DNA of 64,000 nucleotides from contig CM119372.1 in assembly GCA_051294905.1 (NCBI GenBank), positions 1 to 64,000 of the forward strand, read 5' to 3'. The first letter of the stretch is position 1, and each line of letters opens with the position of its first letter. Shown here piece by piece: positions 1-12,100 of this stretch. The translations under genes and the position numbers were made by a program. The stretch is from Botryllus schlosseri (taxonomy: Eukaryota). The notes beneath the pieces were generated by a model. The model ran no database searches. It saw nothing but the letters and a program-made list of their open reading frames with translations, and had not been told where the DNA came from.

Positions 1-152
1 CTAACCCTAACCCTAACCCTAACCCTAACCCTAACCCTAACCCTAACCCTAACCCTAACCCTAACCCCTAACCCTAACCCTAACCCTAACCCTAACCCTA
101 ACCCAACCCTAACCCTAACCCTAACCCTAACCCTAACCCCCTAACCCTAACC

Positions 153-185
<33 letters not shown>

Positions 186-3100
186 CCCTAACCCTAACCC
201 TAACCCTAACCCTAACCCTAACCCTAACCCCTAACCCTAACCCTAACCCTAACCCTAACCCTAACCCTAACCCTAACCCCTAACCCTAACCCTAACCCTA
301 CCCTAACCCTAACCCTAACCCTAACCCTAACCCTAACCCTAACCCTAACCCTAACCCTAACCCCTAACCCTAACCCTAACCCTAACCCTAACCCTAACCC
401 TAACCCTAACCCTAACCCTAACCTAACCCTAACCCTAACCCTAACCCTAACCCTAACCCTAACCCTAACCAAGACGCACGGCAACAACCTAACCCTAACC
501 CTAACCCTAACCCTAACCCTAACCCTAACCCTAACCCTAACCCTAACCCTAACCCTAACCCTAACCCTAACCCTAACCCTAACCCTAACCCTAACCCTAA
601 CCCTAACCCTAACCCTAACCCTAACCCTAACCCTAACCCTAACCCTAACCCTAACCCTAACCCTAACCCTAACCCTAACCCTAACCCTAACCCTAACCCT
701 AACCCTAACCCTAACCCTAACCCTAACCCTAACCCTAACCCTAACCCTAACCCTAACCCTAACCCTAACCCTAACCCTAACCCTAACCCTAACCCTAACC
801 CTAACCCTAACCCTAACCCTAACCCTAACCCTAACCCTAACCCTAACCCTAACCCTAACCCTAACCCTAACCCTAACCCTAACCCTAACCCTAACCCTAA
901 CCCTAACCCTAACCCTAACCCTAACCCTAACCCTAACCCTAACCCTAACCCTAACCCTAACCCTAACCCTAACCCTAACCCTAACCCTAACCCTAACCCT
1001 AACCCTAACCCTAACCCTAACCCTAACCCTAACCCTAACCCTAACCCTAACCCTAACCCTAACCCTAACCCTAACCCTAACCCTAACCCTAACCCTAACC
1101 CTAACCCTAACCCTAACCCTAACCCTAACCCTAACCCTAACCCTAACCCTAACCCTAACCCTAACCCTAACCCTAACCCTAACCCTAACCCTAACCCTAA
1201 CCCTAACCCTAACCCTAACCCTAACCCTAACCCTAACCCTAACCCTAACCCTAACCCTAACCCTAACCCTAACCCTAACCCTAACCCTAACCCTAACCCT
1301 AACCCTAACCCTAACCCTAACCCTAACCCTAACCCTAACCCTAACCCTAACCCTAACCCTAACCCTAACCCTAACCCTAACCCTAACCCTAACCCTAACC
1401 CTAACCCTAACCCTAACCCTAACCCTAACCCTAACCCTAACCCTAACCCTAACCCTAACCCTAACCCTAACCCTAACCCTAACCCTAACCCTAACCCTAA
1501 CCCTAACCCTAACCCTAACCCTAACCCTAACCCTAACCCTAACCCTAACCCTAACCCTAACCCTAACCCTAACCCTAACCCTAACCCTAACCCTAACCCT
1601 AACCCTAACCCTAACCCTAACCCTAACCCTAACCCTAACCCTAACCCTAACCCTAACCCTAACCCTAACCCTAACCCTAACCCTAACCCTAACCCTAACC
1701 CTAACCCTAACCCTAACCCTAACCCTAACCCTAACCCTAACCCTAACCCTAACCCTAACCCTAACCCTAACCCTAACCCTAACCCTAACCCTAACCCTAA
1801 CCCTAACCCTAACCCTAACCCTAACCCTAACCCTAACCCTAACCCTAACCCTAACCCTAACCCTAACCCTAACCCTAACCCTAACCCTAACCCTAACCCT
1901 AACCCTAACCCTAACCCTAACCCTAACCCTAACCCTAACCCTAACCCTAACCCTAACCCTAACCCTAACCCTAACCCTAACCCTAACCCTAACCCTAACC
2001 CTAACCCTAACCCTAACCCTAACCCTAACCCTAACCCTAACCCTAACCCTAACCCTAACCCTAACCCTAACCCTAACCCTAACCCTAACCCTAACCCTAA
2101 CCCTAACCCTAACCCTAACCCTAACCCTAACCCTAACCCTAACCCTAACCCTAACCCTAACCCTAACCCTAACCCTAACCCTAACCCTAACCCTAACCCT
2201 AACCCTAACCCTAACCCTAACCCTAACCCTAACCCTAACCCTAACCCTAACCCTAACCCTAACCCTAACCCTAACCCTAACCCTAACCCTAACCCTAACC
2301 CTAACCCTAACCCTAACCCTAACCCTAACCCTAACCCTAACCCTAACCCTAACCCTAACCCTAACCCTAACCCTAACCCTAACCCTAACCCTAACCCTAA
2401 CCCTAACCCTAACCCTAACCCTAACCCTAACCCTAACCCTAACCCTAACCCTAACCCTAACCCTAACCCTAACCCTAACCCTAACCCTAACCCTAACCCT
2501 AACCCTAACCCTAACCCTAACCCTAACCCTAACCCTAACCCTAACCCTAACCCTAACCCTAACCCTAACCCTAACCCTAACCCTAACCCTAACCCTAACC
2601 CTAACCCTAACCCTAACCCTAACCCTAACCCTAACCCTAACCCTAACCCTAACCCTAACCCTAACCCTAACCCTAACCCTAACCCTAACCCTAACCCTAA
2701 CCCTAACCCTAACCCTAACCCTAACCCTAACCCTAACCCTAACCCTAACCCTAACCCTAACCCTAACCCTAACCCTAACCCTAACCCTAACCCTAACCCT
2801 AACCCTAACCCTAACCCTAACCCTAACCCTAACCCTAACCCTAACCCTAACCCTAACCCTAACCCTAACCCTAACCCTAACCCTAACCCTAACCCTAACC
2901 CTAACCCTAACCCTAACCCTAACCCTAACCCTAACCCTAACCCTAACCCTAACCCTAACCCTAACCCTAACCCTAACCCTAACCCTAACCCTAACCCTAA
3001 CCCTAACCCTAACCCTAACCCTAACCCTAACCCTAACCCTAACCCTAACCCTAACCCTAACCCTAACCCTAACCCTAACCCTAACCCTAACCCTAACCCT

Positions 3101-3733
3101 AACCCTAACCCTAACCCTAACCCTAACCCTAACCCTAACCCTAACCCTAACCCTAACCCTAACCCTAACCCTAACCCTAACCCTAACCCTAACCCTAACC
3201 CTAACCCTAACCCTAACCCTAACCCTAACCCTAACCCTAACCCTAACCCTAACCCTAACCCTAACCCTAACCCTAACCCTAACCCTAACCCTAACCCTAA
3301 CCCTAACCCTAACCCTAACCCTAACCCTAACCCTAACCCTAACCCTAACCCTAACCCTAACCCTAACCCTAACCCTAACCCTAACCCTAACCCTAACCCT
3401 AACCCTAACCCTAACCCTAACCCTAACCCTAACCCTAACCCTAACCCTAACCCTAACCCTAACCCTAACCCTAACCCTAACCCTAACCCTAACCCTAACC
3501 CTAACCCTAACCCTAACCCTAACCCTAACCCTAACCCTAACCCTAACCCTAACCCTAACCCTAACCCTAACCCTAACCCTAACCCTAACCCTAACCCTAA
3601 CCCTAACCCTAACCCTAACCCTAACCCTAACCCTAACCCTAACCCTAACCCTAACCCTAACCCTAACCCTAACCCTAACCCTAACCCTAACCCTAACCCT
3701 AACCCTAACCCTAACCCTAACCCTAACCCTAAC
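1..3733 (+). repeat. Telomere, (CCCTAA)n C-strand; left chromosome end
   Basis: Essentially perfect CCCTAA from 488 to 3733; scattered single-base indel variants in 1-470; non-telomeric insert at 471-487. Confidence 0.99.
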
Positions 3734-5070
3734 GTGGCGACTTGTCATGACTCGTGGCGACTTGTCATGACTCGTGGCGACTTGTCATGACTCGTGGCGA
3801 CTTGTCATGACTCGTGGCGACTTGTCATGACTCGTGGCGACTTGTCATGACTCGTGGCGACTCGTGGCGACTTGACTTGACTTGACTTGACTTGACTTGA
3901 CTTGACTTGACTTGACTTGACTTGACTTGACTTGACTTGACTTGACTTGACTTGACTTGACTTGACTTGACTTGACTTGACTTGACTTGACTTGACTTGA
4001 CTTGACTTGACTTGACTCGTGGCTACTTGTCATGACTCGTGGCGACTTGTCATGACTCGTGGCGACTTGTCATAACTCGTGGCGACTTGTCATGACTCGT
4101 GGCGACTTGTCATGACTCGTGGCGACTTGTCATGACTCGTGGCGACTTGTCATGACTCGAGGCGACTTGTCATGACTCGTGGCGACTTGTCATGACTCGT
4201 GGCGACTTGTCATGACTCTTGGCGACTTGTCATGACTCGTGGCGACTTGTCATGACTCGTGGCGACTTGTCATGACTCGTGGCGACTTGTCATGACTCGT
4301 GGCGACTTGTCATGACTCGTGGCGACTTGTCATGACTCGTGGCGACTTGTCATGACTCGTGGCGACTCGTGGCGACTTGACTTGACTTGACTTGACTTGA
4401 CTTGACTTGACTTGACTTGACTTGACTTGACTTGACTTGACTTGACTTGACTTGACTTGACTTGACTTGACTTGACTTGACTCGTGGCTACTTGTCATGA
4501 CTCGTGGCGACTTGTCATGACTCGTGGCGACTTGTCATGACTCGTGGCTTGACTTGACTTGACTTGACTCGTGACTTGACTTGACTTGACTTGTCTTGTG
4601 ATGACTTGACTTGTCTTGACTTGACTTGACTTGACTTGACTTGACTTGACTTGACTTGACTTGTGGTGGGTGGGTATGGGGTATTATGGCGCTCAGCAAC
4701 TAAGGCTTTGTGCGCCAGGTCTGAGTGGGAGGGTTGATTGGGGGTTATATTCCCCTTCCGGTCAATATCACAGTCGAGTCGAGTCGAGTCGAGTCGAGTC
4801 GAGTCGAGTCGAGTCGAGTCGAGTCGAGTCGAGTCGAGTCGAGTCGAGTCGAGTCGACTCGACTCGACTTGACTTGACTTGACTTGACTTGACTTGACTT
4901 GACTTGACTTGACTTGACTTGACTTGACTTGTCTTGTGATGACTTGACTTGTCTTGACTTGACTTGACTTGACTTGACTTGACTTGACTTGACTTGACTT
5001 GTCTTGTGATGACTTGACTTGTCTTGTCATGACTCGTGACTTGTCTTGTCATGACTCGTGGCGACTTGTC
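3734..5070. repeat. Telomere-adjacent compound array: 20-bp unit CTCGTGGCGACTTGTCATGA interleaved with (GACTT)n and (GAGTC)n
   Basis: Directly visible tandem units; unique ~110-bp insert at 4663-4771; (GAGTC)n block at ~4772-4855. Confidence 0.95.
4663..4771 (-). mobile_element. Possible 5'-truncated 3' end of a non-LTR retrotransposon inside the microsatellite
   Basis: Minus strand reads GGCGCACAAAGCCTTAGTTGCTGAGCGCC (GGCGC/GCGCC stem) followed by a C/A-rich tail (CCCATACCCACCCACCAC), resembling I/Nimb/RTE-type 3' ends as I recall them. Confidence 0.4.
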
Positions 5071-5303
5071 TTAATTTAGACCTGGCTTAAGGTCAGTGAG
5101 TGACTTGGCCGAGACGCCAGGCGACGGCGGTCTTAATTCGGTTTCAAATGTCAATTTGGCGCCGCGCTCGGCCAAGTCCATTAGTTGCGAGTAATTACTG
5201 TCTACTTCGTCGCTGTAGCGAGTTCAACACGGAACCGAGGCCAGATTGTTATTGTTTTGAGTTGCTCGTGGATGAATGAAAGGAGATCAGTGGAGGATTA
5301 TGG

Positions 5304-5552
5304 ATGGAATTGCTGGAGTTGTTGGAATTTACTGACGATGATGATGAACAGTACAGACTGCCAAGAAAGTATCTCGCAGATGTTCAGAACCCCTTCGAAA
5401 GGTATTCTAACAACGAGTTCAGACTGCGATTCCGGTTTTCAAAAAACGCAACTCACTATCTTTTTGGGCTGTTGAAAGATGATGAAGAATTGACCTGCAG
5501 AGATCATGCTCTTCCGCCACTACTACAACTAACTTGCGCCTTACGGTTTTTT
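5304..5552 (+). pseudogene. N-terminal fragment of a PIF/Harbinger (HARBI1-like) transposase
   Basis: NPFERYSNNEFRLRFRFSK...HALPPLLQLTCALRFF fits the HARBI1-family N-terminus (F-R-x-R-F-R-x-S-K ... Q-L-x-x-A-L-R-F); similarity stops before the DDE core. Confidence 0.8.
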
Positions 5553-6167
5553 GACCAAGAGAGTGAACGCATCATTAATAACTAGGGCTGGGCACAGTGA
5601 TTCGAGTACTCGAATCTGAATCGAGCAATTATTTTCATGATTCGAGTCGAGTAGCAAAAGACGATTTTTTCGAGTACTGGAATTATACTCTCCTCGCTGC
5701 TGAAAGTTATTTTATCACCGAGAATTATGGTTTTGATACTATTTTCCACTGCGAAAGCCTTGAAAACCTTGATTTACCGTATCGCAGCATACGAAACATA
5801 GTACAAAGCTACTAAGGTTACTGGAAAAAAACATTTCCGAAGTCATGATCCTCCCACGACATTGTCACCAAGTGCAATGAAAGCGGTAGTGTCGTAGAAA
5901 TACCGAAGTATCTTCAATGTGATGGATATCAGGCAAGAGGCAATATATTCTTTGCGGTGGCATAAAAGGTATATATTTGAACTTTGACATACTGCATCTT
6001 GCTGTTACGTCATAATGAGTGATACTCGAATACTCGACTCGACTCGAAGCATATTACGTGATTCAGAATCGAATCACTCTGGTACTCGATTTTGCCCAGC
6101 CCTATTAATAACACGCATCGTCGATATGCATGACGTCATAACTAGTCATAGATGGCGCCCCGTTACA
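5553..6167 (-). mobile_element. Possible truncated LTR (hosting the 5583-6104 element) that cuts the first satellite unit
   Basis: Minus strand from 6167 begins TGTAACGGGGCGCCATCTATG, an LTR-like start, right at the abrupt start of the satellite; no partner LTR or TSD seen. Confidence 0.35.
5583..6104. mobile_element. Non-autonomous hAT element (522 bp)
   Basis: TIRs TAGGGCTGGGCA / TGCCCAGCCCTA; perfect 8-bp TSD TTAATAAC (5575-5582, 6105-6112); TCGA-rich subterminal repeats. Confidence 0.9.
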
Positions 6168-9100
6168 ATATCTCATTAAAATCGAATTGAAATCGGACAT
6201 TTTCGAAATTTCGATAATCCGGACACAATGATGGCCCCAGATCGACCCTTGGGACGTCGACTTGAATAATAATTTTGGTATTGATGGAATCGGCTAGACT
6301 AGTAGAATCCATTTCAAAACGAATTAGGCTTCGGACTCTACATATATCTCATTAGAATCGAATTGAAATCGGACATTTTCGAAATTTCGATAATCCGGAC
6401 ACAATGATGGCCCCAGGTCGACCCTTGGGACGTCGACTTGAATAATAATTTTGGTATTGATGGAATCGGCTAGACTAGTAGAATCCATTTCAAAACGAAT
6501 TAGGCTTCGGACTCTACATATATCTCATTAGAATCGAATTGAAATCGGACATTTTCGAAATTTCGATAATCCGGACACACTTATGGCCCCAGATCAACCC
6601 TTGGGACGTCGACTTGAATAATAATTTTGGGATTGATGGAATTGGTTAGACTAGTAGAATCCATTTCAAAACGAATTAGGCTTCGGACTCTACATATATC
6701 TCATTAGAATCGAATTGAAATCGGACATTTTCGAAATTTCGATAATCCGGACACACTTATGGCCCCAGTTCGACCCTTGGGACGTCGACTTGAATAATAA
6801 TTTTGGGATTGATGGAATTGGCTAGACTAGTAGAATCCATTTCAAAACGAATTAGGCTTCGGACTCTACATATATCTCATTAGAATCGAATTGAAATCGG
6901 ACATTTTCGAAATTTCGATAATCCGGACACACTTATGGCCCCAGTTCGACCCTTGGGACGACGACTTGAATAATAATTTTGGGATTGATGGAATCGGCTA
7001 GACTAGTAGAATCCATTTCAAAACGAATTAGGCTTCGGACTCTACATATATCTCATTAGAATCGAATTGAAATCGGACATTTTCGAAATTTCGATAATCC
7101 GGACACAATTATGGCCCCAGATCGACCCTTGGGACGTCGACTTGAATAATAATTTTGGTCTCGATAGAAGCGGCGAGACTAGTAGAATCCATTTCAAAAC
7201 GAATTAGGCTTCGGACTCTACATATATCTCATTAGAATCGAATTGAAATCGGCCATTTTCGAAATTTCGATAATCCGGACACAATGATGGCCCCAGATCA
7301 ACCCTTGGGACGTCGACTTGAATATAAATTTTGGGATTGATGGAATTGGCTAGACTAGTAGAATCCATTTCAAAACGAATTAGGCTTCGGACTCTACATA
7401 TATCTCATTAGAATCGAATTGAAATCGGACATTTTCGAAATTTCGATAATCCGGACACACTTATGGCGCCAGTTCGACCCTTGGGACGTCGACTTGAATA
7501 ATAATTTTGGTATTGATGGAATTGGCTAGACTATTAGAATCCATTTCAAAACGAATTAGGCTTCGGACTCTACATATATCTCATTAGAATCGAATTGAAA
7601 TCGGACATTTTCGAGATTTCGATAATCCGGACACACTTATGGCCCCAGATCAACCCTTGGGACGTCGACTTGAATAATAATTTTGGGATTGATGGAATTG
7701 GTTAGACTAGTAGAATCCATTTCAAAACGAATTAGGCTTCGGACTTTACATATATCTCATTAGAATCGAATTGAAATCGGACATTTTCGAAATTTCGATA
7801 ATCCGGACACACTTATGGCCCCAGTTCGACCCTTGGGACGTCGACTTGAATAATAATTTTGGGATTGATGGAATTGGCTAGACTAGTAGAATCCATTTCA
7901 AAACGAATTAGGCTTCGGACTCTACATATATCTCATTAGAATCGAATTGAAATCGGACATTTTCGAAATTTCGATAATCCGGACACACTTATGGCCCCAG
8001 TTCGACCCTTGGGACGACGACTTGAATAATAATTTTGGGATTGATGGAATCGGCTAGACTAGTAGAATCCATTTCAAAACGAATTAGGCTTCGGACTCTA
8101 CATATATCTCATTAGAATCGAATTGAAATCGGACATTTTCGAAATTTCGATAATCCGGACACAATTATGGCCCCAGATCGACCCTTGGGACGTCGACTTG
8201 AATAATAATTTTGGTCTCGATAGAAGCGGCGAGACTAGTAGAATCCATTTCAAAACGAATTAGGCTTCGGACTCTACATATATCTCATTAGAATCGAATT
8301 GAAATCGGCCATTTTCGAAATTTCGATAATCCGGACACAATGATGGCCCCAGATCAACCCTTGGGACGTCGACTTGAATATAAATTTTGGGATTGATGGA
8401 ATTGGCTAGACTAGTAGAATCCATTTCAAAACGAATTAGGCTTCGGACTCTACATATATCTCATTAGAATCGAATTGAAATCGGACATTTTCGAAATTTC
8501 GATAATCCGGACACACTTATGGCCCCAGTTCGACCCTTGGGACGTCGACTTGAATAATAATTTTGGTATTGATGGAATTGGCTAGACTATTAGAATCCAT
8601 TTCAAAACGAATTAGGCTTCGGACTCTACATATATCTCATTAGAATCGAATTGAAATCGGACATTTTCGAGATTTCGATAATCCGGACACACTTATGGCC
8701 CCAGATCAACCCTTGGGACGTCGACTTGAATAATAATTTTGGTCTCGATAGAAGCGGCGAGACTAGTAGAATCTATTTCAAAACGAATTAGGCTTCGGAC
8801 TCTACATATATCTCATTAGAATCGAATTGAAATCGGACATTTTCGAAATTTCGATAACCCGGACACACTTATGGCCCCAGTTCGACCCTTGGGACGTCGA
8901 CTTGAATAATAATTTTGGTATTGATGGAATCGGCTAGACTATTAGAATCCATTTCAAAACGAATTAGTCTTCGGACTCTACATATATCTCATTAGAATCG
9001 AATTGAAATCGGACATTTTCGAAACTTCGATAATCCGGACACACTTATGGCCCCAGTTCGACCCTTGGGACGATGACTTGAATAATAATTTTGGGATTGA

Positions 9101-12100
9101 TGGAATCGGCTAAACCAGTAGAATCCATTTCAAAACGAATTAGGCTTCGGACTCTACATATATCTCATTAGAATCGAATTGAAATCGGACATTTTCGAAA
9201 TTTCGATAATCCGGACACAATTATGGCCCCAGATCGACCCTTGGGACGTCGACTTGAATAATAATTTTGGTCTCGATAGAAGCGGCGAGACTAGTAGAAT
9301 CCATTTCAAAACGAATTAGGCTTCGGACTCTACATATATCTCATTAGAATCGAATTGAAATCGGACATTTTCGAAATTTCGATAATCCGGACACACTTAT
9401 GGCCCCAGTTCGACCCTTGGGACGTCGACTTGAATAATAATTTTGGGATTGATGGAATTGGCTAGACTAGTAGAATCCATTTCAAAACGAATTAGGCTTC
9501 GGACTCTACATATATCTCATTAGAATCGAATTGAAATCGGACATTTTCGAAATTTCGATAATCCGGACACACTTATGGCCCCAGTTCGACCCTTGGGACG
9601 ACGACTTGAATAATAATTTTGGGATTGATGGAATCGGCTAGACTAGTAGAATCCATTTCAAAACGAATTAGGCTTCGGACTCTACATATATCTCATTAGA
9701 ATCGAATTGAAATCGGACATTTTCGAAATTTCGATAATCCGGACACAATTATGGCCCCAGATCGACCCTTGGGACGTCGACTTGAATAATAATTTTGGTC
9801 TCGATAGAAGCGGCGAGACTAGTAGAATCCATTTCAAAACGAATTAGGCTTCGGACTCTACATATATCTCATTAGAATCGAATTGAAATCGGCCATTTTC
9901 GAAATTTCGATAATCCGGACACAATGATGGCCCCAGATCAACCCTTGGGACGTCGACTTGAATATAAATTTTGGGATTGATGGAATTGGCTAGACTAGTA
10001 GAATCCATTTCAAAACGAATTAGGCTTCGGACTCTACATATATCTCATTAGAATCGAATTGAAATCGGACATTTTCGAAATTTCGATATTCCGGACACAC
10101 TTATGGCCCCAGTTCGACCCTTGGGACGTCGACTTGAATAATAATTTTGGTATTGATGGAATTGGCTAGACTATTAGAATCCATTTCAAAACGAATTAGG
10201 CTTCGGACTCTACATATATCTCATTAGAATCGAATTGAAATCGGACATTTTCGAGATTTCGATAATCCGGACACACTTATGGCCCCAGATCAACCCTTGG
10301 GACGTCGACTTGAATAATAATTTTGGTCTCGATAGAAGCGGCGAGACTAGTAGAATCTATTTCAAAACGAATTAGGCTTCGGACTCTACATATATCTCAT
10401 TAGAATCGAATTGAAATCGGACATTTTCGAAATTTCGATAATCCGGACACACTTATGGCCCCAGTTCGACCCTTGGGACGTCGACTTGAATAATAATTTT
10501 GGTATTGATGGAATCGGCTAGACTATTAGAATCCATTTCAAAACGAATTAGTCTTCGGACTCTACATATATCTCATTAGAATCGAATTGAAATCGGACAT
10601 TTTCGAAACTTCGATAATCCGGACACACTTATGGCCCCAGTTCGACCCTTGGGACGATGACTTGAATAATAATTTTGGGATTGATGGAATCGGCTAAACC
10701 AGTAGAATCCATTTCAAAACGAATTAGGCTTCGGACTCTACATATATCTCATTAGAATCGAATTGAAATCGGACATTTTTGAAATTTCGATAATCCGGAC
10801 ACAATTATGGCCCCAGATCGACCCTTGGGACGTCGACTTGAATAATAATTTTGGTATTGATGGAATCGGCTAGACTATTAGAATCCATTTCAAAACGAAT
10901 TAGTCTTCGGACTCTACATATATCTCATTAGAATCGAATTGAAATCGGACATTTTCGAAACTTCGATAATCCGGACACACTTATGGCCCCAGTTCGACCC
11001 TTGGGACGATGACTTGAATAATAATTTTGGGATTGATGGAATCGGCTAAACCAGTAGAATCCATTTCAAAACGAATTAGGCTTCGGACTCTACATATATC
11101 TCATTAGAATCGAATTGAAATCGGACATTTTCGAAATTTCGATAATCCGGACACACTTATGGCCCCAGTTCGACCCTTGGGACGTCGACTTGAATAATAA
11201 TTTTGGGATTGATGGAATTGGCTAGACTAGTAGAATCCATTTCAAAACGAATTAGGCTTCGGACTCTACATATATCTCATTAGAATCGAATTGAAATCGG
11301 ACATTTTCGAAATTTCGATAATCCGGACACACTTATGGCCCCAGTTCGACCCTTGGGACGACGACTTGAATAATAATTTTGGGATTGATGGAATCGGCTA
11401 GACTAGTAGAATCCATTTCAAAACGAATTAGGCTTCGGACTCTACATATATCTCATTAGAATCGAATTGAAATCGGACATTTTCGAAATTTCGATAATCC
11501 GGACACAATTATGGCCCCAGATCGACCCTTGGGACGTCGACTTGAATAATAATTTTGGTCTCGATAGAAGCGGCGAGACTAGTAGAATCCATTTCAAAAC
11601 GAATTAGGCTTCGGACTCTACATATATCTCATTAGAATCGAATTGAAATCGGCCATTTTCGAAATTTCGATAATCCGGACACAATGATGGCCCCAGATCA
11701 ACCCTTGGGACGTCGACTTGAATATAAATTTTGGGATTGATGGAATTGGCTAGACTAGTAGAATCCATTTCAAAACGAATTAGGCTTCGGACTCTACATA
11801 TATCTCATTAGAATCGAATTGAAATCGGACATTTTCGAAATTTCGATAATCCGGACACACTTATGGCCCCAGTTCGACCCTTGGGACGTCGACTTGAATA
11901 ATAATTTTGGTATTGATGGAATTGGCTAGACTATTAGAATCCATTTCAAAACGAATTAGGCTTCGGACTCTACATATATCTCATTAGAATCGAATTGAAA
12001 TCGGACATTTTCGAGATTTCGATAATCCGGACACACTTATGGCCCCAGATCAACCCTTGGGACGTCGACTTGAATAATAATTTTGGTCTCGATAGAAGCG

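Noticed and set aside
224..3748. 1174-aa VR/GL dipeptide ORF
   Set aside because: A reading of the telomere G-strand. The ATG comes from the adjacent 20-mer repeat and nothing supports translation.
3845..5052. SSQVK / STRLD repeat ORFs
   Set aside because: Translations of pentamer microsatellites.
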